A stretch of DNA of 64,000 nt from an uncultured virus (IMG/VR IMGVR_UViG_3300032116_000117) (IMGVR_UViG_3300032116_000117:1-64000), one strand, 5' to 3'; numbered from the stretch's first letter, positions 39,033 to 49,918 are shown. The notes: a model not told the origin generated them from the sequence alone. Program-made: numbers and translations.

Positions 39033-40121
39033 TTATATACACTTTAAAAGTTGATCGACAGAATTCTTCCAAGAAAACTTTTGGCCTGTTTTTATGCCTT
39101 CTGGATTTTTTCTGGTTTTGGCTTTATACATCTGTCTCATTAATTCTACAGCATGATCTAATTGACTATCTCCTAATTTAGCCCAATTCCCTGTTCCAAA
39201 GAACCATTTTCCGTCATATGCTGGTTCAAGTTCTGTAATGTCAATTAGATTAGCATTATCTTTATTACAAAATTCTGTATGCGCAGAATAATTTGTCGTA
39301 ATAATTGGCTTACCCATGCTCATCATTTCCAGCAACTCCAAATTCCATCCTTCTGCTCTTGAAAGAAAAATACCACAATCAGCCCTAGACATTTTTTCTG
39401 CAACATCTTTTTGTGTTTTGACTCGGGGAATAATAGTGATTTTATCTTTTAAAGGAGATGTTAGATAATAATTATGCCAATCTGTTAATTCTTTTTCAGA
39501 AAAACATGTTTTATCCGACGATGCCGCTATCCATAATTCTACATTGTCATCTTTAGTAAATGCTTTAGTAAAAACTTGTAATAAAACGTCATATGCTTTT
39601 CTTATTTCCCATTTTCCTCCAACCATAAAAATATATGGATCATCATCATTTTTGTCTTTACAAATGTTATGATCAAAAATATCTGTATTAACACCCAGAG
39701 GTACTACATCTATCTGAGAATTTATATTTTGATTAATTAATATGTCTTTTGCCCACTGTGATGCAACAATCAGTCTATCAGGAACTTTGAGATGGATTAA
39801 TTCTCTAGGATTAAAAGTATCCAATTCAAAAAATGGAAAAGCAATATATTTACCAGTTCCTATTCTTTCTGCAAGATCAAATTGGTGCCAAATTTTGATA
39901 CAGGTTCCTTTAGGGTCAAAATTTTTTACTACCATATCATGTAACTGTTTGCTTTCCTCTTCTGAATCCAGTTTTGGCACGTCTCCAAATTTCTGGACAC
40001 TAATTGGAAATACTGTGAGATCTATATCTTTTCTACCATATAGCTCTTTAGCTATATTCCAACCAACGACTCCATAACCAGTATACCCTATTGGACTATT
40101 TATCAGTATTGATTTATTCAT
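39033..40121 (-). CDS. Glycosyltransferase, GT4 family
   Basis: TGYG, GKWEIRK, SRAEGWNLELLEMMSMGKPIITT. Confidence 0.88.
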   Translation of the reverse strand: MNKSILINSPIGYTGYGVVGWNIAKELYGRKDIDLTVFPISVQKFGDVPKLDSEEESKQLHDMVVKNFDPKGTCIKIWHQFDLAERIGTGKYIAFPFFELDTFNPRELIHLKVPDRLIVASQWAKDILINQNINSQIDVVPLGVNTDIFDHNICKDKNDDDPYIFMVGGKWEIRKAYDVLLQVFTKAFTKDDNVELWIAASSDKTCFSEKELTDWHNYYLTSPLKDKITIIPRVKTQKDVAEKMSRADCGIFLSRAEGWNLELLEMMSMGKPIITTNYSAHTEFCNKDNANLIDITELEPAYDGKWFFGTGNWAKLGDSQLDHAVELMRQMYKAKTRKNPEGIKTGQKFSWKNSVDQLLKCI

Positions 40122-41223
40122 ATAATTTATTGTGTGTATTGTTTACTTGGATGAAAGTTGTTTTTTTGCCAAAATCTTTAATTTTATTGGCGCCAATATA
40201 AGTGCAAGCACTTCTTATGCCTCCGTAAATATCTTGAATAATTTTTTCTGCTTTACCTTTATATTGGACAATGGCACATTTGCCTTCTGCTGTTCTGTAA
40301 TCAGCGATGCCATTATGATGTTTCTCCATAGCATTTTTACTACTCATACCATAGTATTGCAAAGATGCCTTACGTTTAGTATTGTTGTTTTTAGGATCAA
40401 TCGGTTGCCACGAACCTAATGAGGTAAGGTATTCATACGTCCATTCTCCTTCACACTCATCCACTCCTGCAAACATACTTCCCAACATAACAAAATCACT
40501 GTTACCTCCAAATGCTTTGCAAACATCTCCTACTACTTTGCATCCTCCATCAGAACAGATATGACCACCAAGACCATGAGCAGCATCAGAGCATTCCATT
40601 ACAGCACTCAGTTGTGGGTATCCTACGCCCGTTTTTAAACGAGTGGTACATACACTACCCGAACCTATACCAACCTTGACTATATCAACTTTGCCATGAA
40701 TGATCAATTCTTCGGTCATTTCTGGAGTAACAACATTTCCAGCCATAATAACTGACTCTGGAAATAAGCTACGAAGTTTATGTGCTGTTTTTACAAATTG
40801 TTCTGTGTAACCATTGGCTACGTCTAGGCAGATATTAGGAGTATCAAAATTGTATTTTTTGATTTGACCAAATACTTCTATTGCTTTATTGATATCTTTT
40901 TCACTAGTACCAACAGAATAAAAGGCAAGATTTTTGTTTACAATACTAGGATCTGTATAAAAAGCGACATATTCATTGGTCTTATAGTGTTTATGCAAAC
41001 AGGTTATTGCTCCTTGAAGCCCTAATGATTTTGCCATAGCAAAAGTTCCAACAGTATCCATATTAGCAACCATGATTGGCACTGCTAATAATTTTCTTGG
41101 AGAATACTTAAATTTAAACTCTCGTTGGATACAAACTTCTGAGCGACTGTTCAGTGTTGATCTTTTTGGACGAATTAATACATCATCAAAATCTAATTTT
41201 GTTTCATTAATTATTTTTTGCAT
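40114..41223 (-). CDS. guaC: GMP reductase
   Basis: [43 protein letters not shown]. Confidence 0.93.
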   Translation of the reverse strand: MQKIINETKLDFDDVLIRPKRSTLNSRSEVCIQREFKFKYSPRKLLAVPIMVANMDTVGTFAMAKSLGLQGAITCLHKHYKTNEYVAFYTDPSIVNKNLAFYSVGTSEKDINKAIEVFGQIKKYNFDTPNICLDVANGYTEQFVKTAHKLRSLFPESVIMAGNVVTPEMTEELIIHGKVDIVKVGIGSGSVCTTRLKTGVGYPQLSAVMECSDAAHGLGGHICSDGGCKVVGDVCKAFGGNSDFVMLGSMFAGVDECEGEWTYEYLTSLGSWQPIDPKNNNTKRKASLQYYGMSSKNAMEKHHNGIADYRTAEGKCAIVQYKGKAEKIIQDIYGGIRSACTYIGANKIKDFGKKTTFIQVNNTHNKLYE

Positions 41224-41224
41224 T

Positions 41225-42130
41225 TTATATTCTTATATTTGGATAGTTACTTATAAAATAATTTACAGTCTCTTTGATACCTTGCTCAATTGAAGTAAAT
41301 TCATATTCAGGAAAATAGGACTTAAACACACTGTTGTCCGAGGATCTTCTTTTTGCCCCTTCTGGTTTTGTTTTATCAAAAATAATGTTTCCAGAAAATT
41401 CCATGTATTCACTTATTAATTGAACTATATGTTTTATTCTTACAGTATTTTTTGGAGATATTATCATAAGATCGCTTGTATCATTTTGGCGATAACACAT
41501 ATTTTTTATTATATCGGCTACGTCTGCAGCATAAACAAACTCTCTTTCTGCTTCTCCGGATCCCCAAATTATAAAATCTTCTCTTTTTTGTTTTGCTACA
41601 AAACATTTATGTATTAGTCCAGGAATTACATGGCTATTTTCCAGATCGAAATTATCGTACATTCCATACATATTACACGGGACTATTCTTTTTACTTTGA
41701 CTCCATATTGGTTATATACGCATCTTGCTCCTATGTCAAGCATTCTTTTTGCGTATCCATAACCCAAGTTTGTGGCGTGTGGTTCTGCTGTATGAAGATC
41801 GGATTCTGTAATTGGCTTATCATCATAATTTGGAAACACACATATAGATAATAATAAAATTGTATCATTTAATTTATACTCGGCACAGGCCCTTAAGATA
41901 TTTAAATTAATCAATGCGTTCTCCATAAAAAAATCATATGGATACTTTGAATTGGCAGAGACTCCTCCTACCTTAGCGGCACAATGTATTATTTGACTGA
42001 TTTCATTTTTTTCAATGTACCTACACAAATCGTCATAATCTTTATAATCCAATTCACTTTTGCTTGGTTTTAATCCAAAATTTATATATGATCCAAGCAT
42101 TCCACCGGATCCTGTTATTAATATGCTCAT
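41225..42130 (-). CDS. GDP-fucose synthase / GDP-colitose synthase-like epimerase-reductase
   Basis: GSGGMLG, AAKVGG, SICVFP, YGYAK, SHVIPGLIHK, WGSG..REF. Confidence 0.88.
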   Translation of the reverse strand: MSILITGSGGMLGSYINFGLKPSKSELDYKDYDDLCRYIEKNEISQIIHCAAKVGGVSANSKYPYDFFMENALINLNILRACAEYKLNDTILLLSICVFPNYDDKPITESDLHTAEPHATNLGYGYAKRMLDIGARCVYNQYGVKVKRIVPCNMYGMYDNFDLENSHVIPGLIHKCFVAKQKREDFIIWGSGEAEREFVYAADVADIIKNMCYRQNDTSDLMIISPKNTVRIKHIVQLISEYMEFSGNIIFDKTKPEGAKRRSSDNSVFKSYFPEYEFTSIEQGIKETVNYFISNYPNIRI

Positions 42131-42972
42131 ATGATATTTAATTTTTCGTTTCTTAATCCCCAATTCTCATCATTTGCTGCAAAATTTGAACATCTCATAT
42201 TTGCATTCATAAATTGAACATCATAATGGTCATGATGATTTAGATGAAAAAATACTATCCCTATGTCTTCTAAATCTCCAGCCAAAGTATATATTCTGGA
42301 TAATCTATCATTGAATTCTATATCTTGAACGCCCCAATATGGAAGTTCTTCCCACCATCCCGTGCTTGATATTGCCATATCTTTGTGGATTAGGAGAGCC
42401 ATGGCCCTTCCATCAAATCCATTAAGAAATATCTTATCGTGTTTGATAGATAAAAGATTTATATTATCAAAATATGGTATTAAATTTTTATATGAATCAG
42501 CATCGTTCCATATTTCTCTTGGAACATGATATCTTGAACCCCAATAATACTGATTGTATATTTTTTGATTATTTAGTTCTTTAACAAAATTATATAGTCT
42601 TTCTAAATCTTCATATCTAATCCAACAGTCAGAATCCCAATATATTACATATTCGCCCGAACTATGTCTAAATGCTACATTATATGCATGGCTTATAGAA
42701 TAGTTGGCTTTTTTACTATATTTTTTGCCAGTTTCATGATCAACATATACGCACTTAAAAAAAGATGGTTTATCTTCTAATAAATGATCCACTATTTTTT
42801 TATCAGATCCCCAATCGCATAGAACAATTTCTATATCATTTTTATTTAACTTTTTTACGTTAGATACCAATTGATTTAGTGTTAGTCTTAACCTTTGATC
42901 TACTCCACCGTTGCCGGATGTGTCTGAGCCATACTTATCATTTTTCCCTTGTATTAATATTGACAAAAGCAT
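42127..42972 (-). CDS. Glycosyltransferase, GT-A fold
   Basis: IVLCDWGS, YWDSD, WGVQD. Confidence 0.75.
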   Translation of the reverse strand: MLLSILIQGKNDKYGSDTSGNGGVDQRLRLTLNQLVSNVKKLNKNDIEIVLCDWGSDKKIVDHLLEDKPSFFKCVYVDHETGKKYSKKANYSISHAYNVAFRHSSGEYVIYWDSDCWIRYEDLERLYNFVKELNNQKIYNQYYWGSRYHVPREIWNDADSYKNLIPYFDNINLLSIKHDKIFLNGFDGRAMALLIHKDMAISSTGWWEELPYWGVQDIEFNDRLSRIYTLAGDLEDIGIVFFHLNHHDHYDVQFMNANMRCSNFAANDENWGLRNEKLNII

Positions 42973-43994
42973 TATACTAGTTCCTTAATAAATTTTGCCC
43001 ACAATATTGTATTTTTAATACCATTATTTATATTTTCTTCATTAATTTTGCCAAACTCTTTTTCATATTTATCTATACTAACAGAAACAACTGCTGGATT
43101 TCCTTCTATTGGTTGAGATCCATATGTTATTTCGCATGAGAGATCATCTGATATGATATTAGCTATATCTTTGATAGATATTTTGGTTGTTCCAGTAAGA
43201 TTATATATTATGTCTGATCCATTTAAAGTAATCTCGCAAATCATTTCTATGAGATTTTTTATATAGCATAAGGTTCTAATTGATTCTCCATTATCTAACA
43301 GATCAATTTTACCAAATTTCAATCCTTTATTTATTAAAGAGCTTATAACTCTAGTATCGTCCGCTTTAACTCCTGGACCATATGTTGTACTAATTCTTCC
43401 AATCTTAATATTATATTGATCCATCATACTAAGACATATTGTTTCTCCGCATTTCTTTGATTCTATATAACAGGCTCTAGGATGAGTAGGCGTAGTGGTT
43501 CCTATTTCTTCTTCTTTGACAAGACACCTATTTAGTCCACTATATATTTCGCTACTACTAGCATAAAAAAATGTTCCATTTTTATTTAAAAGTCTGAATA
43601 GATTCATAGTACATGTTGTGTTTAATTTTATTGTAGATATTTTATCTTTGGTAAATCTATTAGGCTGAGCGTATCCTGCTGTATGAAAAATTATATCAGC
43701 ACCAAATGACCTATCAGCAAAATAATTTTCTATTTTTGATACAGACTGCTCTAGGGTCAGGTCTCCAATAAAAACTGTACAATCTTTAAATAAAGCTTCT
43801 GTATATTTTTCTGGCTTTGAATTTACAGAACACACTATATCAATAGTATAGAATTTTTTTAAATAAACTAGAAAGGCTAATAAATTGAGACCAATTAGTC
43901 CATTAGCTCCTGTTATTAACACAGTTTTATTATTGAATTTTTTAAATTTTGTATGGTCTATAGTTTTATATTGATCAGATATTAGGTTAAGCAT
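42972..43994 (-). CDS. NAD-dependent nucleotide-sugar epimerase/dehydratase (UDP-GlcA decarboxylase-like)
   Basis: ITGANGLIG, SSSEIY, YIESK, YGPG. Confidence 0.88.
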   Translation of the reverse strand: MLNLISDQYKTIDHTKFKKFNNKTVLITGANGLIGLNLLAFLVYLKKFYTIDIVCSVNSKPEKYTEALFKDCTVFIGDLTLEQSVSKIENYFADRSFGADIIFHTAGYAQPNRFTKDKISTIKLNTTCTMNLFRLLNKNGTFFYASSSEIYSGLNRCLVKEEEIGTTTPTHPRACYIESKKCGETICLSMMDQYNIKIGRISTTYGPGVKADDTRVISSLINKGLKFGKIDLLDNGESIRTLCYIKNLIEMICEITLNGSDIIYNLTGTTKISIKDIANIISDDLSCEITYGSQPIEGNPAVVSVSIDKYEKEFGKINEENINNGIKNTILWAKFIKELV

Positions 43995-44857
43995 GAAAGT
44001 ATTCTTTTTCTAATGGATTGAGAGTCTAATCCTAAAGAGACATCGTGGTCTAATTTTGAACCATAATTATATAAAAATTTTCTTGGTATTCCAATATTTG
44101 TTATCGAACATTTGTTTTGAGATAAACTATTTGATATCAGATAGTTTGTCGTTCCCTGATAGAACGGCTCGCATATAATAACATTTTCATTAAAATTGTC
44201 AACAAGAGTTTTGCTGTCAAATGGATATATCGTTGTATAATATAAAATAGTTACATCAATATCTGATACAGCGTCCATAACAGATTGCAGCATTGGTCCG
44301 TAGCATATTATGGTTGCTTTGTTTCCAGTTTTTATAACATTTGCTTTTGAACATTCGATATTAAAAGAAACATTGTTTTCTGTTTCACTTAGTCTAAAAT
44401 ATTTTGGATAGTTATTTTTATATTGTGTTGATATTAATGAATGTAGTTCTTCTGATGATCCAGGGATAAAGACATGCATATTTTCTATAGTTAACAAAAG
44501 AGATACATCGCCAGGACAATGGTGGGTACAGCCTAATCCGGCATAATCATAAGACGATCCTACGCTTATGAAATTTCCGTTCAATTGTTGATATCCAAAA
44601 TCAATTTTTATTTGTTCAAATCCTCTCTCTACCATGAACGGCGCTATTGTATGAATAAAAGGAATAATACCCTGTTTACTTAATCCTGCAGCAAGACTAA
44701 TTGTTGATTGTTCTAGTATCCCAATATTATATACTCTGTTTGATAGTTTTTCTATTTCATCTCTAAAACCATATACTCCTATATCTCCAAGCAACAAAGA
44801 AGTAGAATTATCGCTATGTAAAATATTTTTTAGCGTTTTAGTAAACTGATGTCTCAT
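43982..44857 (-). CDS. Transketolase, C-terminal half
   Basis: NIGILEQ..AAGL, ERGFEQIK, GCTHH, YFRL. Confidence 0.9.
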   Translation of the reverse strand: MRHQFTKTLKNILHSDNSTSLLLGDIGVYGFRDEIEKLSNRVYNIGILEQSTISLAAGLSKQGIIPFIHTIAPFMVERGFEQIKIDFGYQQLNGNFISVGSSYDYAGLGCTHHCPGDVSLLLTIENMHVFIPGSSEELHSLISTQYKNNYPKYFRLSETENNVSFNIECSKANVIKTGNKATIICYGPMLQSVMDAVSDIDVTILYYTTIYPFDSKTLVDNFNENVIICEPFYQGTTNYLISNSLSQNKCSITNIGIPRKFLYNYGSKLDHDVSLGLDSQSIRKRILSCLT

Positions 44858-45405
44858 AGCCTATATACCCAACTATTATCACAAAATGTTTTATCTGGCT
44901 CTTTATTAAGTATATCAATAACTGCTTTTTTTACTGAGGGCCAATCATAGTCGTGTCCTGATAAAAAACCACCATCTTTAATTTTTGGAATCCATATTGA
45001 TATATCTTCTTTAACTGATGAATATTGATGATTACCATCTATATATATAAAATCTATAGACTTGTTGTTTATATATTTTACATATTCATTACTCTGCATT
45101 TTGTTTTTATTGATATTAGGATATTTGGTTTTTATTTTATCAAATATTATTTCAGCTTCTTTTAATTCTAATTCCTGAGCATCTAAATTATAGGATGAAC
45201 AATCTTCAACATATTTTGCCCAAGGGTCTACACAATTTATTTGACTTGTAATAAATTTATTAGCAATAATTTCAGTGCTGGCGCCACAATAGGATCCTAT
45301 TTCAATAATTTTTAAATTATCTCCTATGATAGAATGAACATATTCACATAAATGATTTAATCCTAATGCTGACTGTTCATGTCTCATATTGTGTGTTAAT
45401 GTCAT
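44854..45405 (-). CDS. Class I SAM methyltransferase (Methyltransf_24-like)
   Basis: IEIGSYCGAST, DFIYIDGNHQY, GGFLSGHDY. Confidence 0.88.
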   Translation of the reverse strand: MTLTHNMRHEQSALGLNHLCEYVHSIIGDNLKIIEIGSYCGASTEIIANKFITSQINCVDPWAKYVEDCSSYNLDAQELELKEAEIIFDKIKTKYPNINKNKMQSNEYVKYINNKSIDFIYIDGNHQYSSVKEDISIWIPKIKDGGFLSGHDYDWPSVKKAVIDILNKEPDKTFCDNSWVYRL

Positions 45406-46178
45406 TTAAGTATTTCCTTTATTATTTCTTTATGGTTTATTTCATTCGGTATTTTATGATGCCATTCTGGATTATTTTCCATTATTGGTATTCCATATCC
45501 TTTTATAGTATTTGCTAATATAAATGTAGGTTTCTGATTATTTTCTTCTTTCAAAATATTTTTAAATATATAGGTAATATCATACATATCGTGTCCATTC
45601 ATACTATATGTATTCCATCCAAAACTATCAAACTTGTCTATATATGAGTCCATTACCAAGGCTCTGTCTGTTGAATGATTATGATCTAGTATGCAAAAAA
45701 AGTTATTTAACTTATGCTGAGATGCTAATAGTGCCGTTTCCCATATAGTACCTTCATTAGATTCTCCATCTCCTATTAAGCAAAATACTTTTCCTGACTG
45801 TTGCTTTATTTTTTGGGAGATAGCGACTCCTGCTGCAATAGGCATTCCGTGACCTAAAGATCCTGTTGATGCTTCAACTCCGGGTATTTTAGATGTAGGA
45901 TGACCACCCAATAAAGAATCATATTTACAAAATGTATATAAAATATCATCAGATATAAATCCAAATTCATTTAATATGACATATAATCCTATTGCGGCAT
46001 GGCCTTTTGACAAGAAAAATTTATTATCAGAATTAATAATCTCACTATATAAATAGTATAATATATCTAATATAGATAGTGAGCTTGGAATATGACCTTC
46101 TTTTGATAGATATGCAAGATCAATTATTTTTGATACTAATTTTTTGCGTATATTAGGATAGTCTATTAAATTTAACAT
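45402..46178 (-). CDS. Transketolase, N-terminal ThDP-binding half
   Basis: GHIPSSLS, LSKGHA, STGSLGHG, GDGESNEG. Confidence 0.92.
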   Translation of the reverse strand: MLNLIDYPNIRKKLVSKIIDLAYLSKEGHIPSSLSILDILYYLYSEIINSDNKFFLSKGHAAIGLYVILNEFGFISDDILYTFCKYDSLLGGHPTSKIPGVEASTGSLGHGMPIAAGVAISQKIKQQSGKVFCLIGDGESNEGTIWETALLASQHKLNNFFCILDHNHSTDRALVMDSYIDKFDSFGWNTYSMNGHDMYDITYIFKNILKEENNQKPTFILANTIKGYGIPIMENNPEWHHKIPNEINHKEIIKEILK

Positions 46179-47326
46179 GAGTATTCATTTATAATATAAC
46201 TTATTTTTACAATGTCTTCATTGGATAATTCTGGATTGTTAGGAACATATAAGCCATATTCATGTATTATATCAGCAAAAGAGTATTCTTGTTTGCCATA
46301 CCTGTCATAAAAATATGGCTGTTTAGCTATATTGCCACAAACCAATGGTCTACACTCAATATTATTTTCTTGTAATTTTAAAGATACCATCTTTTTATTT
46401 GGATGTATCACTGGATATGCAAAATTACTTATAAAATTTGAGAATTGTATCTTCCAATAGTTGTTGTTTATCAATTTATCATACATCAATAAATTATTAT
46501 ATCTAATGATATTTTTTTTGTCTAATGTTTTTAATTGCTCTATTCCTAGAAATGCTTGTAAGTCTGTTGATCTTATATTAAATCCAGGATAATAAAATGT
46601 ATATAGATTATTAAATTCATCAATATCATATTTACTTTTAAGTTCGTCCTGAGTTTCTATAGATAAATCACGCGACCATCCATGAGATCTTATGGACTTT
46701 AAAATTTCATACAACTTAAAATTATTTGTAGAAATTAAACCACCTTCTATCGTAGAAAAATGATGTCCAAAATATGTGGAGAATGATGACATATCTCCAA
46801 AGGTTCCTAGTTTTTTAGATTCATAATATGATCCAACGCTTTCGCACGTATCTTCTAGAAGCATAATTCCATATTTATTGCATATATCAACTATATTCTG
46901 CATATCATTTGGAAAACCAAGAATATGAGCTAGTATAAGAATGCTTGGATTATATTTTTTGCATAAATCTTCCAACATATTTGTATCCAGGCCAAGATCA
47001 TTTTTACTAGCATCACATAATTTAATATCAAAACCTAATTGAATAAATGGACTAACAGTAGTTGCCCAAGATAAACAAGGAGCTATAACTATATCATTCT
47101 TTAATATTCCAGATAATTTTGCAGAGTAGGCCATTGCTAAATTAGCAGACGATCCAGAATTAACAAAAACAGAATATTTGCAACCAAGCCAATCTGACCA
47201 TTTTGATTCAAAAGTTTCTGTATGTTCGCCTTTTGTTAGCTTTGGATATGTTTTAAGCCATGCACAAAGATTATCAATTTCTTGGTGACTTATTGTATTG
47301 TTGACTAATTTAATTCTATTGTTCAT
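46172..47326 (-). CDS. DegT/DnrJ-family PLP enzyme, ColD-like 3-dehydratase
   Basis: NSGSSANL, EDTCES, FSTYFGHHFSTIEGG (His at the usual Lys position), RSHGW. Confidence 0.8.
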   Translation of the reverse strand: MNNRIKLVNNTISHQEIDNLCAWLKTYPKLTKGEHTETFESKWSDWLGCKYSVFVNSGSSANLAMAYSAKLSGILKNDIVIAPCLSWATTVSPFIQLGFDIKLCDASKNDLGLDTNMLEDLCKKYNPSILILAHILGFPNDMQNIVDICNKYGIMLLEDTCESVGSYYESKKLGTFGDMSSFSTYFGHHFSTIEGGLISTNNFKLYEILKSIRSHGWSRDLSIETQDELKSKYDIDEFNNLYTFYYPGFNIRSTDLQAFLGIEQLKTLDKKNIIRYNNLLMYDKLINNNYWKIQFSNFISNFAYPVIHPNKKMVSLKLQENNIECRPLVCGNIAKQPYFYDRYGKQEYSFADIIHEYGLYVPNNPELSNEDIVKISYIINEYSC

Positions 47327-48027
47327 AGTGCGTCATCAGATGTGTATGGGCTGCGATGGTTCATATTATGAAAATTTGGATCTTGTACCCATGTTCCATT
47401 TTCAGCTCCTATATTTTGTATTCTAGAAATTAAAGGAGTAATTTGATAAAGATTATTTGGAATAAACACATTATCATTTAAGTAACTATCCCATGAAATA
47501 GATTTATTCTCTCTGTTCATGGTAGGTATCCAATTATTCAATAGTATATCGCTTTTGTGTTTCCAAAATCCACAACCCCAGCAAGTAAAACCGCATCGTT
47601 TTGCTGTTTGATTTAATAATGTTTTATCTAATTCAGTTGTTCTTGTGTATCCTCCTATACAATACACTGTTTCATCATCTTTATATCTTATAAGGTTGTC
47701 AATAAAAAAATTGATAGCATCTTTTGTTGGAACAGTATCGTCTTCTAAATGAATTATGGCGTCATACTCTTGAAGACCCATTGATATGGCAAGTTTAGTA
47801 TTTTTATTACATCCAATGCTGGGCTTGTTGATAATTATGCTTATATCTGCCCAATTTATATTTCTTATATAGTTTGGTATATTGTCATCATAATGGTCTA
47901 CACAAAAAAAAATAGGCAAAGAAGTATTGCAATATTCAAAACTTCTCCTCAAGCCATCTAATACCTGTTGTAAATAATCTAGCCTTTTATAACAAGTAAA
48001 AGTAATTGCTACATTAAGATTACTCAT
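47323..48027 (-). CDS. Glycosyltransferase, GT-A fold
   Basis: YKRLDYL, HLEDD, CWG, SWD, SRIQNIG. Confidence 0.8.
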   Translation of the reverse strand: MSNLNVAITFTCYKRLDYLQQVLDGLRRSFEYCNTSLPIFFCVDHYDDNIPNYIRNINWADISIIINKPSIGCNKNTKLAISMGLQEYDAIIHLEDDTVPTKDAINFFIDNLIRYKDDETVYCIGGYTRTTELDKTLLNQTAKRCGFTCWGCGFWKHKSDILLNNWIPTMNRENKSISWDSYLNDNVFIPNNLYQITPLISRIQNIGAENGTWVQDPNFHNMNHRSPYTSDDAL

Positions 48028-48496
48028 TTGAGATGCTTTCTACTACTACTTTTTCTCTATTTTTGAAATATTTATCTCCATATGTTACAAAAATTTCTTT
48101 TCCTTCTTTTATATGTCTGTTGGCAACAATATCTACATAAAAATTTTTATGATTAAATTTCATATGGGCATTATTATCGTCTTGATGGTTATATATCATA
48201 CCATGTCCTAAAACCATGTAGAACACGAATCCGTGGTTTTTACACTCTGAGCAATCACACACTGGCTTTGTATAACAATATCTCCATATAGAAGGATCTG
48301 AATGGTATTTAGATCTATATTCAAAAGGGACCAGTGGACACCTTTCTATTAGTTCTCCTTCTTCTATGTCTTTTGTGGCAAATACTCCTCTGCCTCCAAC
48401 AGAAGAATGTCCAAATCTAATTTTATATTCAGAAACAAAATCAAACTCTTTGGAAACATTTGTGTCTCCATTTATTGTTATTATTTTATCAGTCAT
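48020..48496 (-). CDS. SET-domain protein-lysine methyltransferase
   Basis: GRGVFATKDI, YNHQDDNNA, IKEGKEIFVTYG..YF. Confidence 0.9.
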   Translation of the reverse strand: MTDKIITINGDTNVSKEFDFVSEYKIRFGHSSVGGRGVFATKDIEEGELIERCPLVPFEYRSKYHSDPSIWRYCYTKPVCDCSECKNHGFVFYMVLGHGMIYNHQDDNNAHMKFNHKNFYVDIVANRHIKEGKEIFVTYGDKYFKNREKVVVESISNE

Positions 48497-49040
48497 GATT
48501 AAAGAAATACCACCTATTAAAAGTTTTGATTGTACATTGACCGTTTACTTCAATAAGATAATTTTTAATGTCATTCCAAGAAGAAAAAATCATTTCATGT
48601 GGAATTGTTCCAAATAACCAATCTGGTGCAGATTGTTTTCCTTGAACCATATGAACTATAATAGGTTTCTTCTGTCTATTTGCCCAAAAAATTTCTTCAT
48701 ACGTTCCACATGGATGGATTTCTAAATCTAGATTAACTATTAAAAAATCACTTATATCTACTAGCCTTAAGTCAACAGATCTTATTGTTTTCATTAACGA
48801 AGATAAAACATCATATTTTTGTTCTGCTTTTAGTTGAATTTTTAACTTGTGGGTATCGCTATCTTCTTTTCCAATAGTTGTGGGTTTTTTTATTGGATTG
48901 AATACGATAATGCCCAATTCTTCTAAAAATGGTGTGATATTATCTCTCCATCCATTTCCTCTGTCGGCAACTCTATCCATAGCACCAGCTAAATAGACCC
49001 TTTGATTATTAAGTCTACTTGTTGGCTTGATGTAGTCCAT
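48489..49040 (-). CDS. Nucleoside 2-deoxyribosyltransferase-like protein
   Basis: VYLAGAM..WR..FNP..DLRLVDISD..GTYEE. Confidence 0.75.
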   Translation of the reverse strand: MDYIKPTSRLNNQRVYLAGAMDRVADRGNGWRDNITPFLEELGIIVFNPIKKPTTIGKEDSDTHKLKIQLKAEQKYDVLSSLMKTIRSVDLRLVDISDFLIVNLDLEIHPCGTYEEIFWANRQKKPIIVHMVQGKQSAPDWLFGTIPHEMIFSSWNDIKNYLIEVNGQCTIKTFNRWYFFNHD

Positions 49041-49097
49041 GAATAACTCCTAATATAATCATGACAGAAAAGATAAAATATAGTCTGGTATCAATAT

Positions 49098-49373
49098 TCA
49101 TGGATTTGATAAAGTATAAATGAATCCATTTTTATTTGCAGGATTTGTTACTTCAATGGTAACTATATTTTTTATTGAAGACAAATCCGCTATTACAGCC
49201 TCCACAGCACCAACAGTTGCATGACTATGCTGTTTCATAATGTCAGACATTTTATTGAAATCTTCCATATGACTTCTAACACTAGATTCTTGATCAGCGG
49301 ATGATATTGTCACAATCCTAAAGTTCATTGTTGGTAATGCAAAATTAGTTATTATTTCTTTTTTTAATATCAT
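49098..49373 (-). CDS. Hypothetical protein
   Basis: ORF in operon. Confidence 0.55.
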   Translation of the reverse strand: MILKKEIITNFALPTMNFRIVTISSADQESSVRSHMEDFNKMSDIMKQHSHATVGAVEAVIADLSSIKNIVTIEVTNPANKNGFIYTLSNP

Positions 49374-49378
49374 GTTAT

Positions 49379-49918
49379 TTACTTAATATAAATGAAGGTT
49401 TTGTATTTTTTCCATGTGTCCACAATGAGTTCTTGTATAAAAGTCCAATCTCCACCAGAAAGGCCAGAGCCAAATTTAGGTGCGTGAATTTCTAATGTAC
49501 TAGATTCTAAATTATTCACTAACGAATAGCAGTAATTTCTAACATCTGTCATGCAAAAAGCCAGTGCAGCATAATTAAGAGGTCTAGGATTTTTTGTGTT
49601 TATGGTCCCATCTTGGGCAATCATATTTGCTATGATTAATTTATAGCCATAAGTTTGATTCTTTTCAACTTCTATATATTGCACTTTGCCAAGTTTAGCT
49701 GAGTTCCCTAAAAGGTGAAAATTCTCTTTTACCATAGGATATCTTTCTGATAAATCTTTGGTAAATCCACCACCAAAAATATTAATGTTGTTGCAAACGT
49801 GCGGGATTATAACATGACATCCTATCTTTCCAGCATTAATTCTATTTAAAGTATTTTGAAAAATATCCATCTTTAACAGAGGAAACTTGTTCTCGTTATT
49901 TCTATTTTTTAATCTCAT
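49379..49918 (-). CDS. Macrodomain protein (TARG1/DarG/SCO6735-like)
   Basis: HVCNN..FGGGF, IANMIAQ, HAPKFGSGLSGGDW. Confidence 0.85.
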   Translation of the reverse strand: MRLKNRNNENKFPLLKMDIFQNTLNRINAGKIGCHVIIPHVCNNINIFGGGFTKDLSERYPMVKENFHLLGNSAKLGKVQYIEVEKNQTYGYKLIIANMIAQDGTINTKNPRPLNYAALAFCMTDVRNYCYSLVNNLESSTLEIHAPKFGSGLSGGDWTFIQELIVDTWKKYKTFIYIK

